Source: Camelus dromedarius (Eukaryota). Taken from it: DNA of 64,000 nt. Location of the stretch: assembly GCF_036321535.1 (NCBI RefSeq), contig NC_087438.1:4342001-4406000 (forward strand). Reading direction: 5' to 3'. Shown piece after piece: positions 45,409 through 59,070 of the stretch (position 1 is the stretch's first letter; every line of letters starts with the position of its first letter). The notes beneath the pieces are model-generated. The model made no database searches, was not told the DNA's origin, and saw only the letters and a list, made by a program, of their open reading frames with translations. Made by a program: the position numbers and the translations under genes.

Positions 45409-47259
45409 AACAACGGAATTCATTCAAATATCCCTAAGTATCTCCACCAGTCTGAGAACAGGCTGGGACAGTCCTTCAAGAGGATTCCCAGCAGAGGCCA
45501 ATGTAATTTATACACACAGCCGGCCCCCTCTCCTTCCAGCATCCTTGGAGTCCCCTCACTCAGCTCCAGTCCTCCTAAGCAGTCTTGCCCCAACCTGGTC
45601 TTCCGGGACTGGCGACTGTGTAGCGCAAGGCGGACTTGTTCTATCACCAACACTGACGGAGGACAGCCGCGTGGTTTGAGCCCCTCCCGCATCTCTTCAG
45701 TCACAGTGGTGTCATGTCTGCATGTCCAGACAAAGTGCCGGGCGGATGGCACTCAGCATCCTCTCCAGGACTGATCTAGGGCCAACTGACCCCAGGTGCT
45801 ACGTGAGTGACTTTTCTATAAACTTCACAAATATCAGTCTCACAAAATGTCTGAAGACTGGGCCCTTATACACATAATCCAAGGTGTTCTGTGGAATAAC
45901 GATGCATGTGTAAAGTATCTATGTCATTTTCTTACTCAAACAGCAACCCTTCGAGTTTCACCTTTTAATTTCAGGATGATATCCCTTTCACAGTATTTAA
46001 TTAAAACGATCTATGGGTTTTTTTTTTCTTCCACAAAATGCATTTAACCACAAAAAGCCAATTAAATGAAAAAAATGAAAAATAACAAATGGGTTTTCTC
46101 TGTTGCTGCCGACTTTGATCTGCCTCCATGATGGTAATGATTTATTAGGGAAGTAGGTGGCTCTAATTCGGTTCAATTTAACAGCAATTATTGAGTTGGA
46201 GTCAAATGCCCTTCTGCGATGAGTGTGAGAACGGGAGGCGTTTTAGGACAGAGACTCAGGCAAGAGCCGGCATTGATCTGTGGGGATCCCAGGCCAGCCA
46301 TGAGTGAGGAGGAGGCCAGTGTGCAGGCAGGTGCAGGGGCTCTGTGCACCAGCGCGGAATCCAAAGGCTCGAAGGTACTTAGAAGACAGCACATGGTGGG
46401 GTGACTTTGTCTCCAAAATGAAAGATGGCCCCTCAGAACATGGTCCTTCCCAGAGGGCAGACCCGGGAGTGGACCAAGGCCCCTCGAGGGAGGGCTTGCA
46501 ATCTGCTTTTATCATCATCACCAGCATTAACTCAGTCAGTTCTCACCATGAATGTCAGGGGGTCGGTACTTCCTGAAGGGGCCGGGAAGAGCATAGACTT
46601 TGTGATAATGCACAAAACTTCAACATTGCATGTTATTCTGCTTCTCATGTAAACCTCATAAGAGTTTTTTCTGATTGTAGAAAGGAGAACATGCTTATTG
46701 TACAAAATTTATGCTGTACCAGAATGTACAATGTAGAGAACAAACTGACTGAAGATTCCACCTGCCAGATAATAGCTTTTTACAGAGACACACACACACA
46801 GCTACACCAGAGTAACAACTGTCAGTCATAGGACTGTGTTCCCCATGATGTGGAGTTTGTGCATCTTTTGTCCCCAGGGGATGTGAATGTCTTAACGTTG
46901 GCTCAGCTGATTTAGGTCCCGATCACCCTGAAAGGCACCCGGCACCCAGGGGTGAAGACGTGGATTACTGAGCTGTCTGCTGGGCAGCTTTCCCTCTTGT
47001 TTCCCCTGACATCACACTTGCTCTCTTGTGCCTGTGTGACGGCGAAGGAAACTCCCAGGGGTGGGTCAGCATTGATGGCATAGTGTCATCGAATCGCCTG
47101 TCAGAAAGGTGGTGCCAGCTTCCACTCCCACCAGCAACCCGAGCTGATCGCCTCCTCTCGCCTCTGTGACCGTTATTCCAATGAGTACTTCCTAACCTCG
47201 TTGGCAAAACAGATCCTATTTTTAAACTTACCTGTGTGCTGTTGTTTTGAGGTGGAGCG

Positions 47260-47590
47260 TTTGTATACGCTTGCGCAGGCTGGATAACAAAATGTCGCAG
47301 ACTGCACGGTTTAAACAACAGAAATGTCTTTTCTCGAAGTTCCGGAGGCTGGACACCCAAGATCAAGGTGCGGGCGGGGCTGGTTTCTTCTGAAACCTCC
47401 CTCCTTGGCCTGTAGGTGGCCGTCCACTCCGCGTCCCCGCGTGGTCGTCCCTCTGTGCGTGTCTGCATCCTAACCTCTTCTTCTTATGAGGACACCAGAC
47501 CCCCAGGATTAGGGCTCACTCTCATGACCTCGCTAACCTTAATTACCCCCATGAAGGTCCTCTTTCCAAATTGAGCCGCTTAGAGATGAG
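47260..47590 (-). mobile_element. MLT1B-like LTR
   Basis: 'ggtttaaacaacagaaatg...ccaagatcaaggtg...ttcttatgaggacaccag...ggattagggctcactctcatgacctc'. Confidence 0.85.
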
Positions 47591-47599
47591 GGCCAAGAT

Positions 47600-47960
47600 C
47601 AGCTGAGGAGTCTGAGGACCCGCCGGGCTGAGGGTCTGCTTCCCAGACCCTTCACGCGGTGCTGGCAGCCTTTAGTTCCTTCGTGGCTGTTGGCTGGAGC
47701 CTCCCCGGTCCCTGCACCTGGGCCTCTCTGGGGGCACCTTGCCGCCCACGCAGCAGGCGGCTGGCCCCAGAGGGAGCTGGGGAGGGAGTGAGAGTGCCCA
47801 GAACAGAGGCCTCGGTGCTGTGACTTAATTTCACAAGGAACATCCCAGCAATCCGGCCACAGCCTGTTCAAGGGAAGCAGGTGACAGGTCCCACCCACAG
47901 TCAAATCTGAGGGGCGTGAGCACCAGGAAGGGGATCTTTGGGGCCAGATTAGAGGCTGCC
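47600..47960 (-). mobile_element. Older MLT1 (D/E/F-like) LTR fragment
   Basis: 'gctggcagcctttagttccttcgtggctgttggctggagcctc...caggtcccacccacagtcaa...gggatctttggggcca..ttagaggctgcc'. Confidence 0.55.
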
Positions 47961-50495
47961 CATCACTGCATGGGCTGTTTTCACTGATTTTGTCAATAAG
48001 GCCTCTTTTCATTGCATTTTCTAAAAAGAGTTGTTATTGATACATAGGAAAACCATCAAAATTTTCATATACACATAATGTATTTATATATATCCATTTA
48101 TACCTCATTTTTATTGTGATTTTTTTCTTTTTGCCTCATATGCAAAGAGTATTAGGTTAGTCCTAACCCACCAGTCTTTCTCTCTCTCTCAACTTTGATT
48201 GAAAAAAAAATCTTTATTTTTGAAGTAGCTTCACTCATCCACCTGTTCACAGCAGGAGCTGTATGTGAAGACATCTCCTCACCGTGCCACCCCAAGATGT
48301 GCCCCTGTGTGTGTGTCCTTCCACTGGCTTGATAACTTCACCGTTCGCGTTTTAAGTTGAATCCAGTTGCTTTGTGCTGGCCATTAGGTAGGAGCCCAGC
48401 TTTTCCATGTCGCGAAGGGGACTCCTCCAACCCGTCCACGGAACCACCCGGCCCTCTTCCACTGTCTCTTTCCTTTTACCACTTTTATCCTGTGTAAGTC
48501 CCCTGTACGTATGACTCTCTTCAGTCCCACTCATCTACCTGCCTGCAGGAACGTGGCCTCCCAATCTGTCTAACATCCAGTAGGGCAGGACCTCCTCTTT
48601 GCTCTTCTCAGCTCTTGGTGGCTCATTCACGTTCCGTGCCAACTTTTTGCGATTATTTGTCAAGAATTTTGCTCAGAGTAGAGCGCTCTCGTTTCCACAA
48701 CAGAGCGTACCCTGAAATCTCAGCATCACACATTGAACGTGTGTTTCCTGCACACGGTTTGATGCAGTTTGGTGCCCCTTCTCCACCATGGGGCATCTCC
48801 ATCTGGAGGATGTGCACCAGATTCACAGATTCTCAGCGACAGAGGCTGAGGCTGGAGGCGCACAGCAGCTCTTAACTGCCCCATCCACATCGGACATGCT
48901 CGCTTCTCACGGTCCGCTGGCCAGAACTAGCCACATGGCCACAGTCTGGTGGAGGGAGGTGGGCACACAGGGAGGTGCACAGCCCTCTGCAGGTCAGTCA
49001 TACCTCAAAGCGGCCATTCTATCCTCTACAAATAATGAGGTCAACAGAATACCGCATCCCAGTGGCACAGAAAAGCTTAATACCACGAGAGGCAGGCCAA
49101 CAAAGCCAAACTCTTACTTTTGCCACTTCAAATATGAAGATTAAATAAGCTTGATTTTTGTGTATTTGAATCTTAACACAATCCAAATATAAATACCACG
49201 TAGCAAAGCCGGGAAGATTTGGATAATATATTTAAAGTATCACTGCAGAATATGCGTGGGGTTCACCGTCCCGTTCCCAGGGCAAGGGCGGGTCTGGTGA
49301 CTGCCTCCTCGCGCCCCGGGACAGCCGACCCGCCCCTGGAGGACAAGCCGTCCCCCGAATCACTGACCGTAAACATAACAACCCACTGCGCGAGATGTTT
49401 TCAGTAGCAGGGGGAGGTTCTACTTGGAAATGTGTCTTCTGGAAATGCCTACCTTGTTAAAGGTACTCGTCGGGAAGCGGTGATCAGCCCTGGCGTGCTG
49501 GTTGGAGTTTGAAGTCTGCAGAGCTCACGTGAAGCTGGCCTGTGCCCGCGGGGTCTGGCTGGTCCTGTCCGCCACCGCAGTCTGCGACTTCAGGGGGATG
49601 ACCTGGCTGGCCTGGAGCACTAGTTTTCAGGTTGTTCCTAACGACTAGCGCAGACAGGGGCTGATGTGGTCCGAACTGGGCATTCTGTGGTCAGATAAGG
49701 CTGGGGTATCCTGGCTTACTCAGAGTCAGCGTTACGGTTTCTTGCAAAAGCCCAGGCGCGCTTCTACAAGGTGAAGTCTGGCGCTAGGAGCTCTAACCCT
49801 AACTCCAGAAGTAGGCGTAGGTTGTGGCAGGCCACTGCCTTGTGCTGCCTCCCCTGCTGCAGAGAAGTTATTCACGCCTTCATCTCCACTGGATCATTTG
49901 CAAAATTAGAGAGTGTGTCCATCTCCCGCGTGAGGAATAGAATGGTAAAATACGGTGTGGGGCACGTTTTGGGAAGTGGCAACACACGCAGTGCCTTTTC
50001 TTTGGAATTCTGGCTGGGACATAAAGTAGCCTTCAGATCAGTGCTGGTAGTTCTAGAGGGTTCCTCGGTCCCTCCTCGGGAAGCACACTGTAGCACGCAC
50101 TGGCTGCTGGGTATGCAGCTGTGTGATGCCTTCGATGAGGCCTTGGGTACCCAAGACAATGAGTGGACATGCCATAGCCTCACGTTTTCACCCCGACAGA
50201 TAATGAGAAGTGGTCTTGTTCACCTCAAGTCTGTGCCCTAAGTTCACAGGCAAAGACTGTGGAAATAAAATAATTGTAGCTGACTTGAAATTGCCATAGA
50301 GATTAAAACTATACTTTATATCCATGGTTAAAATTGAGTACAGCTGAATCACTACACTGTGCATCAGAAACGAATGCAACATTGTGAATCAACTATACTT
50401 CAATTTAAAAAAAAAAATTGAGCATCCAAAATCAAATTCTCTTAACTTACAGTAGGATAGCTACTCACAGCCAATATGGCTTTATTCCCACAGAA

Positions 50496-51130
50496 TGTTA
50501 TTGAACCAAACTTGGGTCCACTCACCTACACGCAGTAAAGCCAATCTACTGACACTGAGTTGGGGTGAAGGAAAGTACAGTGTTTATTGCAAGGTGTCCA
50601 ACATGGGACCAAGCAAGGTGAACAGGCAGCTCATGCTCAAAGACCCAGACTCTCCAGTGGCTTTCAGGGAAGGGTTTTTAAAGAGTGTTATGGGTGAGGG
50701 TCCAGGGTGCCTGATCAGCCTATGCACATTCTGATTGGTTGTTGGTGATGTAACCAGGTGTATATCAGGAGTCAACATCATCAGCCTCCTGGATCCAACT
50801 GGTCTGGGGTTTACGTGCATGTGGGCAGCATGCAGTTAACTTCCTCCTGGTAGGGGATTCGTATCTACAAAACAACTCAAGGATATGGCTCAGAATATTA
50901 TCTCTAGCCCTTGAGGAGGAACTGAAGGTCCTTGTTTTATGGCTAAACTCTTATTGTTTTGTCTTGAGTGATGTTTTCCTTTATTTCTGCATTTTTCCCT
51001 TCTCTGATTTAATTCGTTCTTTGGAACTCGGGGAAGGTCCAGGAGGCTCAAGTTTTTCTACAAACAAGAGGTGGGGGACACAGGGGGAGTCTGTCCCCTG
51101 GAAGGCCTTGCGGTGTCCTGCTCAGTTTCA
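50496..51130 (-). mobile_element. ERV (probably class I) solo LTR, about 635 bp
   Basis: Bounded by TG ('tgttattgaacc') and CA ('ctcagtttca'); minus-strand AATAAA at 50583-50588 near the LTR 3' end; composition differs from AT-rich flanks. Confidence 0.65.
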
Positions 51131-52509
51131 AAATCTTAAAACTAAGATTCATAAAAATATTTGATGTATACTGTTGTTTAATCAGAAATCTTATTTATAA
51201 AAATTACTTTAATTTGGATTACATTTTAGATATCTCAAAAGTATATTTGTATTCAATTTATATAGTTTCAATTAGGCTTAATATTAAGTTTATCGCTTAA
51301 ATAAGGTTTGTGTATCTGCAAAACACACAATTTGTTTGCATCATGCATGCAAACATATCTCTAAAACTTGTTTTTCCTCGAAGGCTGGGCCTTTACAGAG
51401 GCCCTCTGTGGCTAAATCAGTTTTCTTGGTTACATTAACTGTCATCGTGTACAATTATATTGACCAAATAGTTACCCAAGTTGATCTTAATAAAGGAAAC
51501 CAGAGTAATCGGACCGGCCATGCTGTAGTCTTGACATTGAGATTATGTTGCTAATAATGTATAAATTAGAGGTTCCTTTTGGTCCCACTCCTAAAATTCC
51601 CCAAATCTGTGGGGTTTGGTAGAATCTGGGAAGCTCCCTTACACGATGTGGAAGGAATGTTTAGGAATCCAATGTTGTTCCAGCTCAAATCCTAACCCGA
51701 CCTCTTCTTAGCGGGGAGACTGTGTTCTTCCCTGCCAGCATCGGTTTCCACCCCTTTATCAGCAAGGTTATAATTGCTGTCTGCCGTGCCACGGGGTGCG
51801 ACGCAAAGGGGAAAGGTCAGTTGGAAATGATGTGGAAACCACAGCAGGCTTGGCAGAGATTGCTGTTGAGTTGTGAAACGGGTTTCCTTCACATAGCTTT
51901 ATACAGCAGAAGTAGCCCACAGGTCAGGCGTACGTAAAGCTGGCAGTTCTGCCCCCGTCAGAACGCCTGCCCTCTGTGCTTCGGCGTGCCCCTGCAGCAG
52001 GGATGGGCGGCGCTCCGGCCCCTGTGGGTCTGCGGTCGCTGTTGTCAGCGCTCACACGGGTTTTAATAAAAGACAAGCCCCCCCTACCCTCTACACGCAA
52101 CAGCAGGTCCATATTCTCCCAGAAAGGACTGGAGAGAAGGAAGACTTCTTCCTTTGGCCCCAAAGCTCAGCGCCCTTGTACAAAAGAGGAAAATTAACTT
52201 GGGGAAACAATGAAAAGGATCAAATATAATCCTGGAGATGGGGTGGGAGGAGGGGGTGGGGCCAGGAAAGGACATAATAGTCTGATTAAAAAAAAATAAA
52301 ATGACCTTTTTATTAAAAAGGGACTGGCACAATTGGGTATACTGCCTAAAACTCTATTTAGCATTTAAATAGGATTGTGAAATGCTCGATTAAAAATGGG
52401 ACCAGCATTGTGCAAACGTGCGGAGAATCTGACCGTATCTGGGTGGAAGTCAGTGCAGTAAGCCACCCAGTGCTGAACTTCCGTCTCTGGCTGCTGCTTT
52501 CCCAGCACC

Positions 52510-52700
52510 GCGGGCCGCTTACGCGTCTGGACTCCCGAACCCAGCTGTGTGAGTTCAAACTCCAGCCCCACCAGCTACTGCTGCGCAACCTTGAGCGGTT
52601 TACCTCTGTGCCTCGGTGTCCTCATCGTGAGGGGAGGGAGAGCAGCCTCACCCCCGTGTGGACTGAGCGAGTTTATCCACATAAAGCCCTCAGAACCGGG
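52510..52700 (+). mobile_element. MIR SINE
   Basis: 'gagttcaaactccagccccacc...accttgagcggtttacctctgtgcctcggtgtcctcatc'. Confidence 0.65.
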
Positions 52701-53258
52701 ACAGTCACAAGCTACCTGTATTGTATTACAAAGTGTGTATTGTTTGAAGATTCCTAGTGATGTTTGTAAGGATTGAATTCTTTTCTCTACTTCTTATAAT
52801 TCTGACCTCATCAAAAAGAAAAGATTCTGTAGCAACCCCCTTAGACAAGTAAAAGAGCTGAAATCACAGTGTCCCCAAAGCCATGACCTAAAAGTAAGAG
52901 TAGCCATCCCAGGTGGCCATAGAAAACCACTTCTGAGGTTTATTAGGTCGGCCAACATCAGCCCCTCAGCTTCCTGAGCTTTTCAGACAGAGACTAGGCA
53001 CTTGAATTTAGGACCCACTTCCTTCCTCAGTTACGATCTTGAGACTGTTTAATGTTAGCAGAACACCACGTTTTCCAGAAAGATCCCCACCTCCTTGCTT
53101 CTCAACACTGAGTAAGCTTTGCTCTGCATTTTCTTGCAAACAGAAAACACCGGTGTTAGGTTTTATCTACACTGGAGCCATCACCTGTATGACACCAGCA
53201 GATGTGGATGACAGAATGAAGCCCTGAAATGGTTTGAGTTCTTTGCTTTTATCCAGGT

Positions 53259-53745
53259 CTTTTTTTTTTTTTTAACTGAAGTATTGTCAGTTATAATGTG
53301 TCAATTTCTGGTGTACGACATAATGTTTCAGTCATACATATATATACATATAATTGTTTTCATATACTTTTTCATTATAGATTACTACAAGATATTGAAT
53401 ATAGTTTCCTGTGCTATACAGAAGAAATTTTTTAAATCTATTTTATATATAGTAGTTAGTATTTGTACATTTCGAACTCCCAATTTATCCCTTCCCACCC
53501 CCTTTGCCCCTGGTAACCATAAGTTTGTTTACTATGTCTGTGAGTCTGCTTCTGTTTTGCAGATGAGTTCCATTAATGTCTTTCTTTTTCTTTTTTTAGA
53601 TTCCACATATAAGTGATAGCATATGGTATTTTTCTTTTTCTTTCTGGCTTACTTCACTTAGAATGATGATCTCCAGGTCCATCCATATTGCCGCAAATGG
53701 CATTATTTTATTCTTTTTTATGGCTGAGTAGTATTCCATTGTGTA
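53259..53745 (-). mobile_element. Young L1 3' UTR with poly-T
   Basis: T15 run then sequence near-identical to 39163-39640. Confidence 0.9.
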
Positions 53746-54065
53746 ATAGCACATGGCCACATGGACTCTTAGTGCTCCCTGGGCTTTTTTAATTTAATAA
53801 GAGAATAGTGTGAGGAAGGTAGTGTAGGAAGGGGGAGGGGCAGGTGTGGAGGAGGGGTGTATGTGGAGTGGGGCACAAGGGGGAACCAGGGGGGCAGGGG
53901 AGTGAGACAGGGAGCAGGAGACTCCAGCCATGGGAGCTAAATGCTGACGTGCTCACGGGCAGAGACACACAGGCCTTCCAGGCCCCCCGTTACAGGTGCC
54001 AGATTTCACGAGACTTTCCAGAAAGTACACATGAAGAAACACTCTTAGCTTTTTTCCTCACATTC

Positions 54066-54066
<1 letters not shown>

Positions 54067-54117
<51 letters not shown>
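54067..54117. repeat. (ATT)n microsatellite, about 17 units
   Basis: Perfect trinucleotide run at the tail end of the adjacent L1. Confidence 0.95.
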
Positions 54118-54119
<2 letters not shown>

Positions 54120-54725
54120 GATACAGCTGAGGTGCAACATCATGTTAGTTTCGGGTATACAATGTAATGATTCAATATTTGGATATATTGTTAAGTGACC
54201 ACAACAGTAAGTGTAGTTAATCTGTGTCACCATACACAGCTACAAATTGTTTTTTCTTACGATGAGGACTTTTCAGATCTACCCTCTTAGCGACCTTCAA
54301 ATTTAGTGCAGTGTGATTACCCGTAGTCTCCACGCTCTGCGTCACGTGCCCAGGACTTTGTGTTAGAATTGGAAGGTTGTACCTTTTGACCTCCTTCACC
54401 CATTTCACCCATCCCCCACTGTGGCAACCACTGATCTGTTCTCTGCATCCATGAGCTCACTTTTGGGTTTTATTGTTTCAGATTCCAGATCATACGGTAT
54501 TTACCTTCCTCTGCTTGACTTATTTCACGTAGCAAAATGCCTTCAGGGTCCATCCATGTTGTCACAAATGGCAAGATTTCATCCTTTTTTATAGCTGAGT
54601 ATTATTCCGGGGTGTGTGTGTGTGTGTGTGTGTACCATATTTTCTTTATCCATTCATCCATCAGTGAACATATAGGTTATTTTCACGTCTTGCCTACTGT
54701 AAATAGTGCTACAATGAATGTGGGG
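54118..54725 (-). mobile_element. L1MA-like 3' UTR
   Basis: 'gatgaggacttttcagatctaccctcttagc...ggtccatccatgttgtcacaaatggcaagatttc'. Confidence 0.8.
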
Positions 54726-56431
54726 AAACATACTTGGTTTTTAAAGCCAGTGCACTAGGATTCCTGTGTTGGGATAATGTGTTCACACCCACTGAGATGG
54801 CTCTGAACACTCTGGGGTCCTGGGAAGCCACCCCAGGGAAGCAGCTGCTCAGGGATCCGGGAGTGTCTGCAGCCCAGGAGTAGGGGCGCGGGGAGGGGGC
54901 TGGTCACGCTCACTTCCAGCCCCGCCCCGCAGTCACGCCCGGAGGTGGGGAGTCCTCGCCCCCCTGCGGAGCCAGTGCTGCCTCTGCCTCCACCACCCGC
55001 ACCTCATTAGCACCTCGTTACCAGCCTCGGTCGCCGTCCTGTTCTCATGTTCTCAGGCCAGCACACCCAGCACGGCTCCGGTTGACTCCCAGGTGCTTGG
55101 TTATGAAGTTTTTCCGCACATAGATGGCCAGTTATCCCACAGGGGGAAACGCCCCATTTGAAGACCACATGGTGGGGGGTGGGGGTCAGGGAGCTGCTGC
55201 AGGGGTGGAGCCTGAGGAAGGGGAGGCAGGGCCACCTGTGTGACTCATTATGGGATGGAGTCGAAACTCGGGGGGCCCAGCTGAAGAGGCGCAGGCACAC
55301 CGTGCAAGTGTGCAGAACATGCCCCACACCTAGACCAGTGTGTGTGGAGGCGCCGAGGAAGTAGAAATGCCCTGCAAGGGACGCGTTCCTGTGACGCTTT
55401 CCTGGTCCCTTTCCTTGCTTGGAGCAGTGGTACAGGTCTCTTCAGCAGGAAAACGTGTTTTGCACGTGCACAAGCAAACCGCACGTTTCTTCACTGGACA
55501 CCAGCTGCCCCTTAATGACTTGCCACTTACGAGGCAGAGCGGTCCCCTCTTGGTGTAGAAGGAGGTGGAAAAGCTCTTCCCCAACTGCAGGGACTCAGAA
55601 ATCCCTGCTCCACCCATCCTCAGGGGGTGGCCTCACCCTTGAGCCCTGAGGCCTGGGTTCCCAGCAGTGTTGAAGGCCCCTGATCACACGGCGGGGGCTG
55701 GGCCAGGAGGGCACACCTGCCCACATGCCCACACCCCGATGAGCTCCCACAGCCTGCTGTCTCACTGCTACCTTCTGGGCTTTTCTGCCCTGAACTCTGC
55801 GCCTACCAAGCCTCACTGGGCCTCACAGACAGAGCCTGGCTCAGGCCATGACCTCCTCCCAGGCGACCTGACGCAGGAGGAGCCAAGTCTCAGGCCCAGT
55901 TCATGGGCTCCTGGTTTCCGCCTCGCCAGGGATTCTTGGTGCGCTGTTCCCAGCCCCAGGCCCTCCCGCTGGGCGCAGCCTGCTCAGACTTGCCGCAGGT
56001 GCGCTGGGCTGGGCTGAGGGGAGGCCTTCGGGCCTCTGCCCCACCTCTCCTTCCCGGGACAGGTGTGACTGGAGTCCCCGCCGACTCCACCCCTCCCTTC
56101 CCAGCCGGAAGGGCTGGCCCAGCAGGCTTCATTGGCTCAGGGAGAGGCACCTGGTGGCACTGCAGACTCTGAGAAATGGCTGATCAGGAAGTTGGGCGGC
56201 ACAGGGAACTGCATTCAAGTTCTCGTAATAACATAATGGAAAAGAATCTCAAAAGAAAATATTTCTAAGTATGTATTTGTATAGCTGAATCACTTTCTGT
56301 GCACCTGAAACTAACATTGTAAATCAACTACGCTTCAATTAGACATTTAAAAAAAAGAACCTTAGGAACACTAGGATTCATCAAGTTTAAGTGTAAATCA
56401 TGCTACAGAAAAAAATCAAAGTAGAAAAACA

Positions 56432-56486
56432 AAAGAAAGAAAGGAAGGAAGGAAGGAAGGAAGGAAGGAAGGAAGGAAGGAAGGAA
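56432..56486. repeat. (GGAA)n microsatellite
   Basis: Visible perfect run. Confidence 0.95.
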
Positions 56487-58454
56487 TTGGGCGGGCTTTG
56501 TTCAAAAGGGAAGGTGAAGAGAAACTCGTTGTTCAGAAAGGTGACGTGTGGGGCCCTTGCCGCGCCCGTGCAGAGGCAGCAGCGCCTGGCCCCGAGGTGG
56601 AGGTGGCTGGCGTGCAGGAGGGCGGTGGCGGCTGAGGCGTCGATTCCAGAGTCCCCGCCCAGGGCGTGTGTGAACTGAGTACCCGGGGCCGCTGTCCGAG
56701 GCTTCATCCACGTCCCCTCACAGTGGCTTCCATCCTCACCCAGCGCTTCCAGAAGGAAAACCAAACAGACGGACCACAGACCCCGACCTCTCAGGCCGGT
56801 CCTGCTAGAATGTCAGGCAGGAAGGGGGCCTCTCCAGGGGGCAGCAATGACATCTCACGGCTTTAGGAACACTGCTTCTTTACTGAAAATCAGTAAAGTA
56901 GGAAAGAGTAAAGGAATCCGCACAGAGTCTTTTTTATCGCTGTTTTTGCAGACGCTTCTCAAAAGTAACATAAAATCATGACTTGGGCACAGGTTCTCTA
57001 GAACACATGCTACTCACTCGTCCTTTTCGCAGTGTGTTCCCAGAAGGGAAGACGCTGTGCCGCTGGAAGGTCGCGTGTGTAGGGCAGAGGGTTGGCCCGA
57101 TTCTGACCTGAGAGGTCAAGGTGGGCAGGAAGACACAGGCTCCCTGGTCATTCGCCGGGTGCAGGGCCGACGCGGCTGCCCCAGGGAGAAGGCGCACACG
57201 TGGACGCGTGTTTGTCGAGGCAGCCAGGTCGGGGGGTTGGGGAGTGTGTCCGCGATGAGGATACAGCCCCGCAGGGATCGTCCAGCAGGGCAGAGGGTGG
57301 GCTCACGGACTTTTCCAGAACCCCACATGCAGGTGGCTGGAATCAGCTCGAAAGTAGAAAATCCATAAGCAGCGGCTGTGTTGTATTAAACAGGCACTTT
57401 TGCCTTGAAAATGGAACGCAGTGTCCTAGGCTCAGCCTGTCGCCAGCAGCTCCTTCTGCATCCTGCGTATAGTAAAAGGGAAAGCACAGATGGCCATCCT
57501 CTCAGGGCACAGGGACCGTGGCATCTTAGGGCACAGGACCGGGGTGAAGGAGGTCTCACCAAGGAAGGCCCCCCCGCCCCCAGGGTCGGGCAGGGCCCCC
57601 AGGTCCGCACGACTGGGGCCGGAGGACCAGGCTCTCCTGGTGAAGGCAGATTCCATGTGCTGATCAGCCCAGGGTTTGCACAGACTCTGGGGTGAACGGG
57701 GGATGGAGGTCCAGAGCATTGTGTTGAAAGGAGGGTGCTGTGCAGAAGGATGGGGTTCAGCAACCCCCGACACCCATGTCCAGTGAGGGAAAGCCAGTGC
57801 GGGCAGCATTCTGTTCAGCAGAGGGTCGGTATCTTGTTTCCCTCTGTACACCTGAAGCCTCTTCATCTTCTGAGAGCCCGCCTGACCTTGGGGTTTGGAG
57901 CGTGGCCCCCAGTCCTGCGTCGGAATCCTGTATGATTTCAAGCCCACGATTGACTTCTCTGTGTCTGTTTCCTCGTCTGTAAGTCAGGGTTGACAATAGC
58001 AGAGCCCACCTGCTGGGGTTTCAGGGAGGGTTTTACAGAGTCTGCTCAAGCCCCGTCCTGAGAACAGTGCCTGGAGCTCATCAGGGACCTGCCACAGCCG
58101 CTGTGGTCGCCTTTAAGGACCACGCCTAGCTGTCGCTTACTGTGTCCCCGCACGGCTAGTGAACCCCACTGGGACCCAGCCACCTGAGCAGAAGTTCAAG
58201 TATTAGTGGGATCTCCAGAAAAAATAATTTTGAAACAATTATCTGATATAACTCAAAGTTTTAGCAAGAAGTTCCTTTTTCCCTGCTTGCTTCTTCCGAG
58301 AAAATACGATCCGTCTCAATGCAGATTCAATCATGGTTAGAAATGTCTTCAAAATGTAGACCAAAGAGATGCTGCAGTTTTGTGAGAATCAAAAAATATC
58401 CATGAACTGCGTCTTCGGTGCTGCCAGTGGCTTGAGGATTTTTTTATGGTAATA

Positions 58455-59070
58455 AAGTAGCCCCTCCTTACCTGCAGGGGATACATTCCAGGACCCCAGG
58501 GGATGCCTGAGTCCTTGGACAGTACCGAACTATGTTTGCTCCTGTACATGGAAACGCTGGACAGAGGGCTGATTCCCGTCCCAGGTGGATGGGGTGGGAC
58601 AGCCAGGCACACTTCGTTTTATTGCTTCACAGACACTGATTTTGTACAAACTGAAGGTTTGTGGCCACCCTGCATCGAGCAACTCTATCAGTGCCATTTT
58701 TCCAACAGCATCATTTTTTAATTAATGCTGCTTGTTAATGTTTAAATTGTTTTTTAGACATAATGCTGTTGTGTACTTAATAGACTGCAGTGCAGTGTGA
58801 CCATTACTTTTGTATGCACTGGGAAACCAAAAAGTCCGTGTGACTCACTTCATTTTGATAATTCGCTTCAAGCCAGGGCCCTGAAACCAAACCTGCAATG
58901 TCCCCAAGGTCTGCCTGGGGCAGGAGATTTCATCTCACTACTCAGAACAGTGTGCAATTTAAAACTTATGAGTTGTTTATTTCTGGAATTTTCCATTTAA
59001 TATTTTTGGGCCGTGGCTGACCGAGGGTAACTGAAATCACAGAAGGTAAAAGCCTGGCTAAGCGAACAGC
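58455..59070 (-). mobile_element. MER44/Tigger7-type DNA transposon with nested Tigger1 derivative
   Basis: Ends 'agtagcccctccttacctgcaggggatacattccaggaccccag' and 'gggccgtggctgaccgagggtaactgaaatc' match my recollection of MER44 termini. Confidence 0.7.
58604..58917. mobile_element. Internally deleted Tigger1 (about 314 bp) retaining both ends
   Basis: Left 'caggcacacttcgttttattgc...aactgaaggtttgtggccaccctgcatcgagcaa'; right 'tgcactgggaaaccaaaaag...ccaaggtctgcctg'; termini caggc/gcctg are inverted. Confidence 0.8.
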
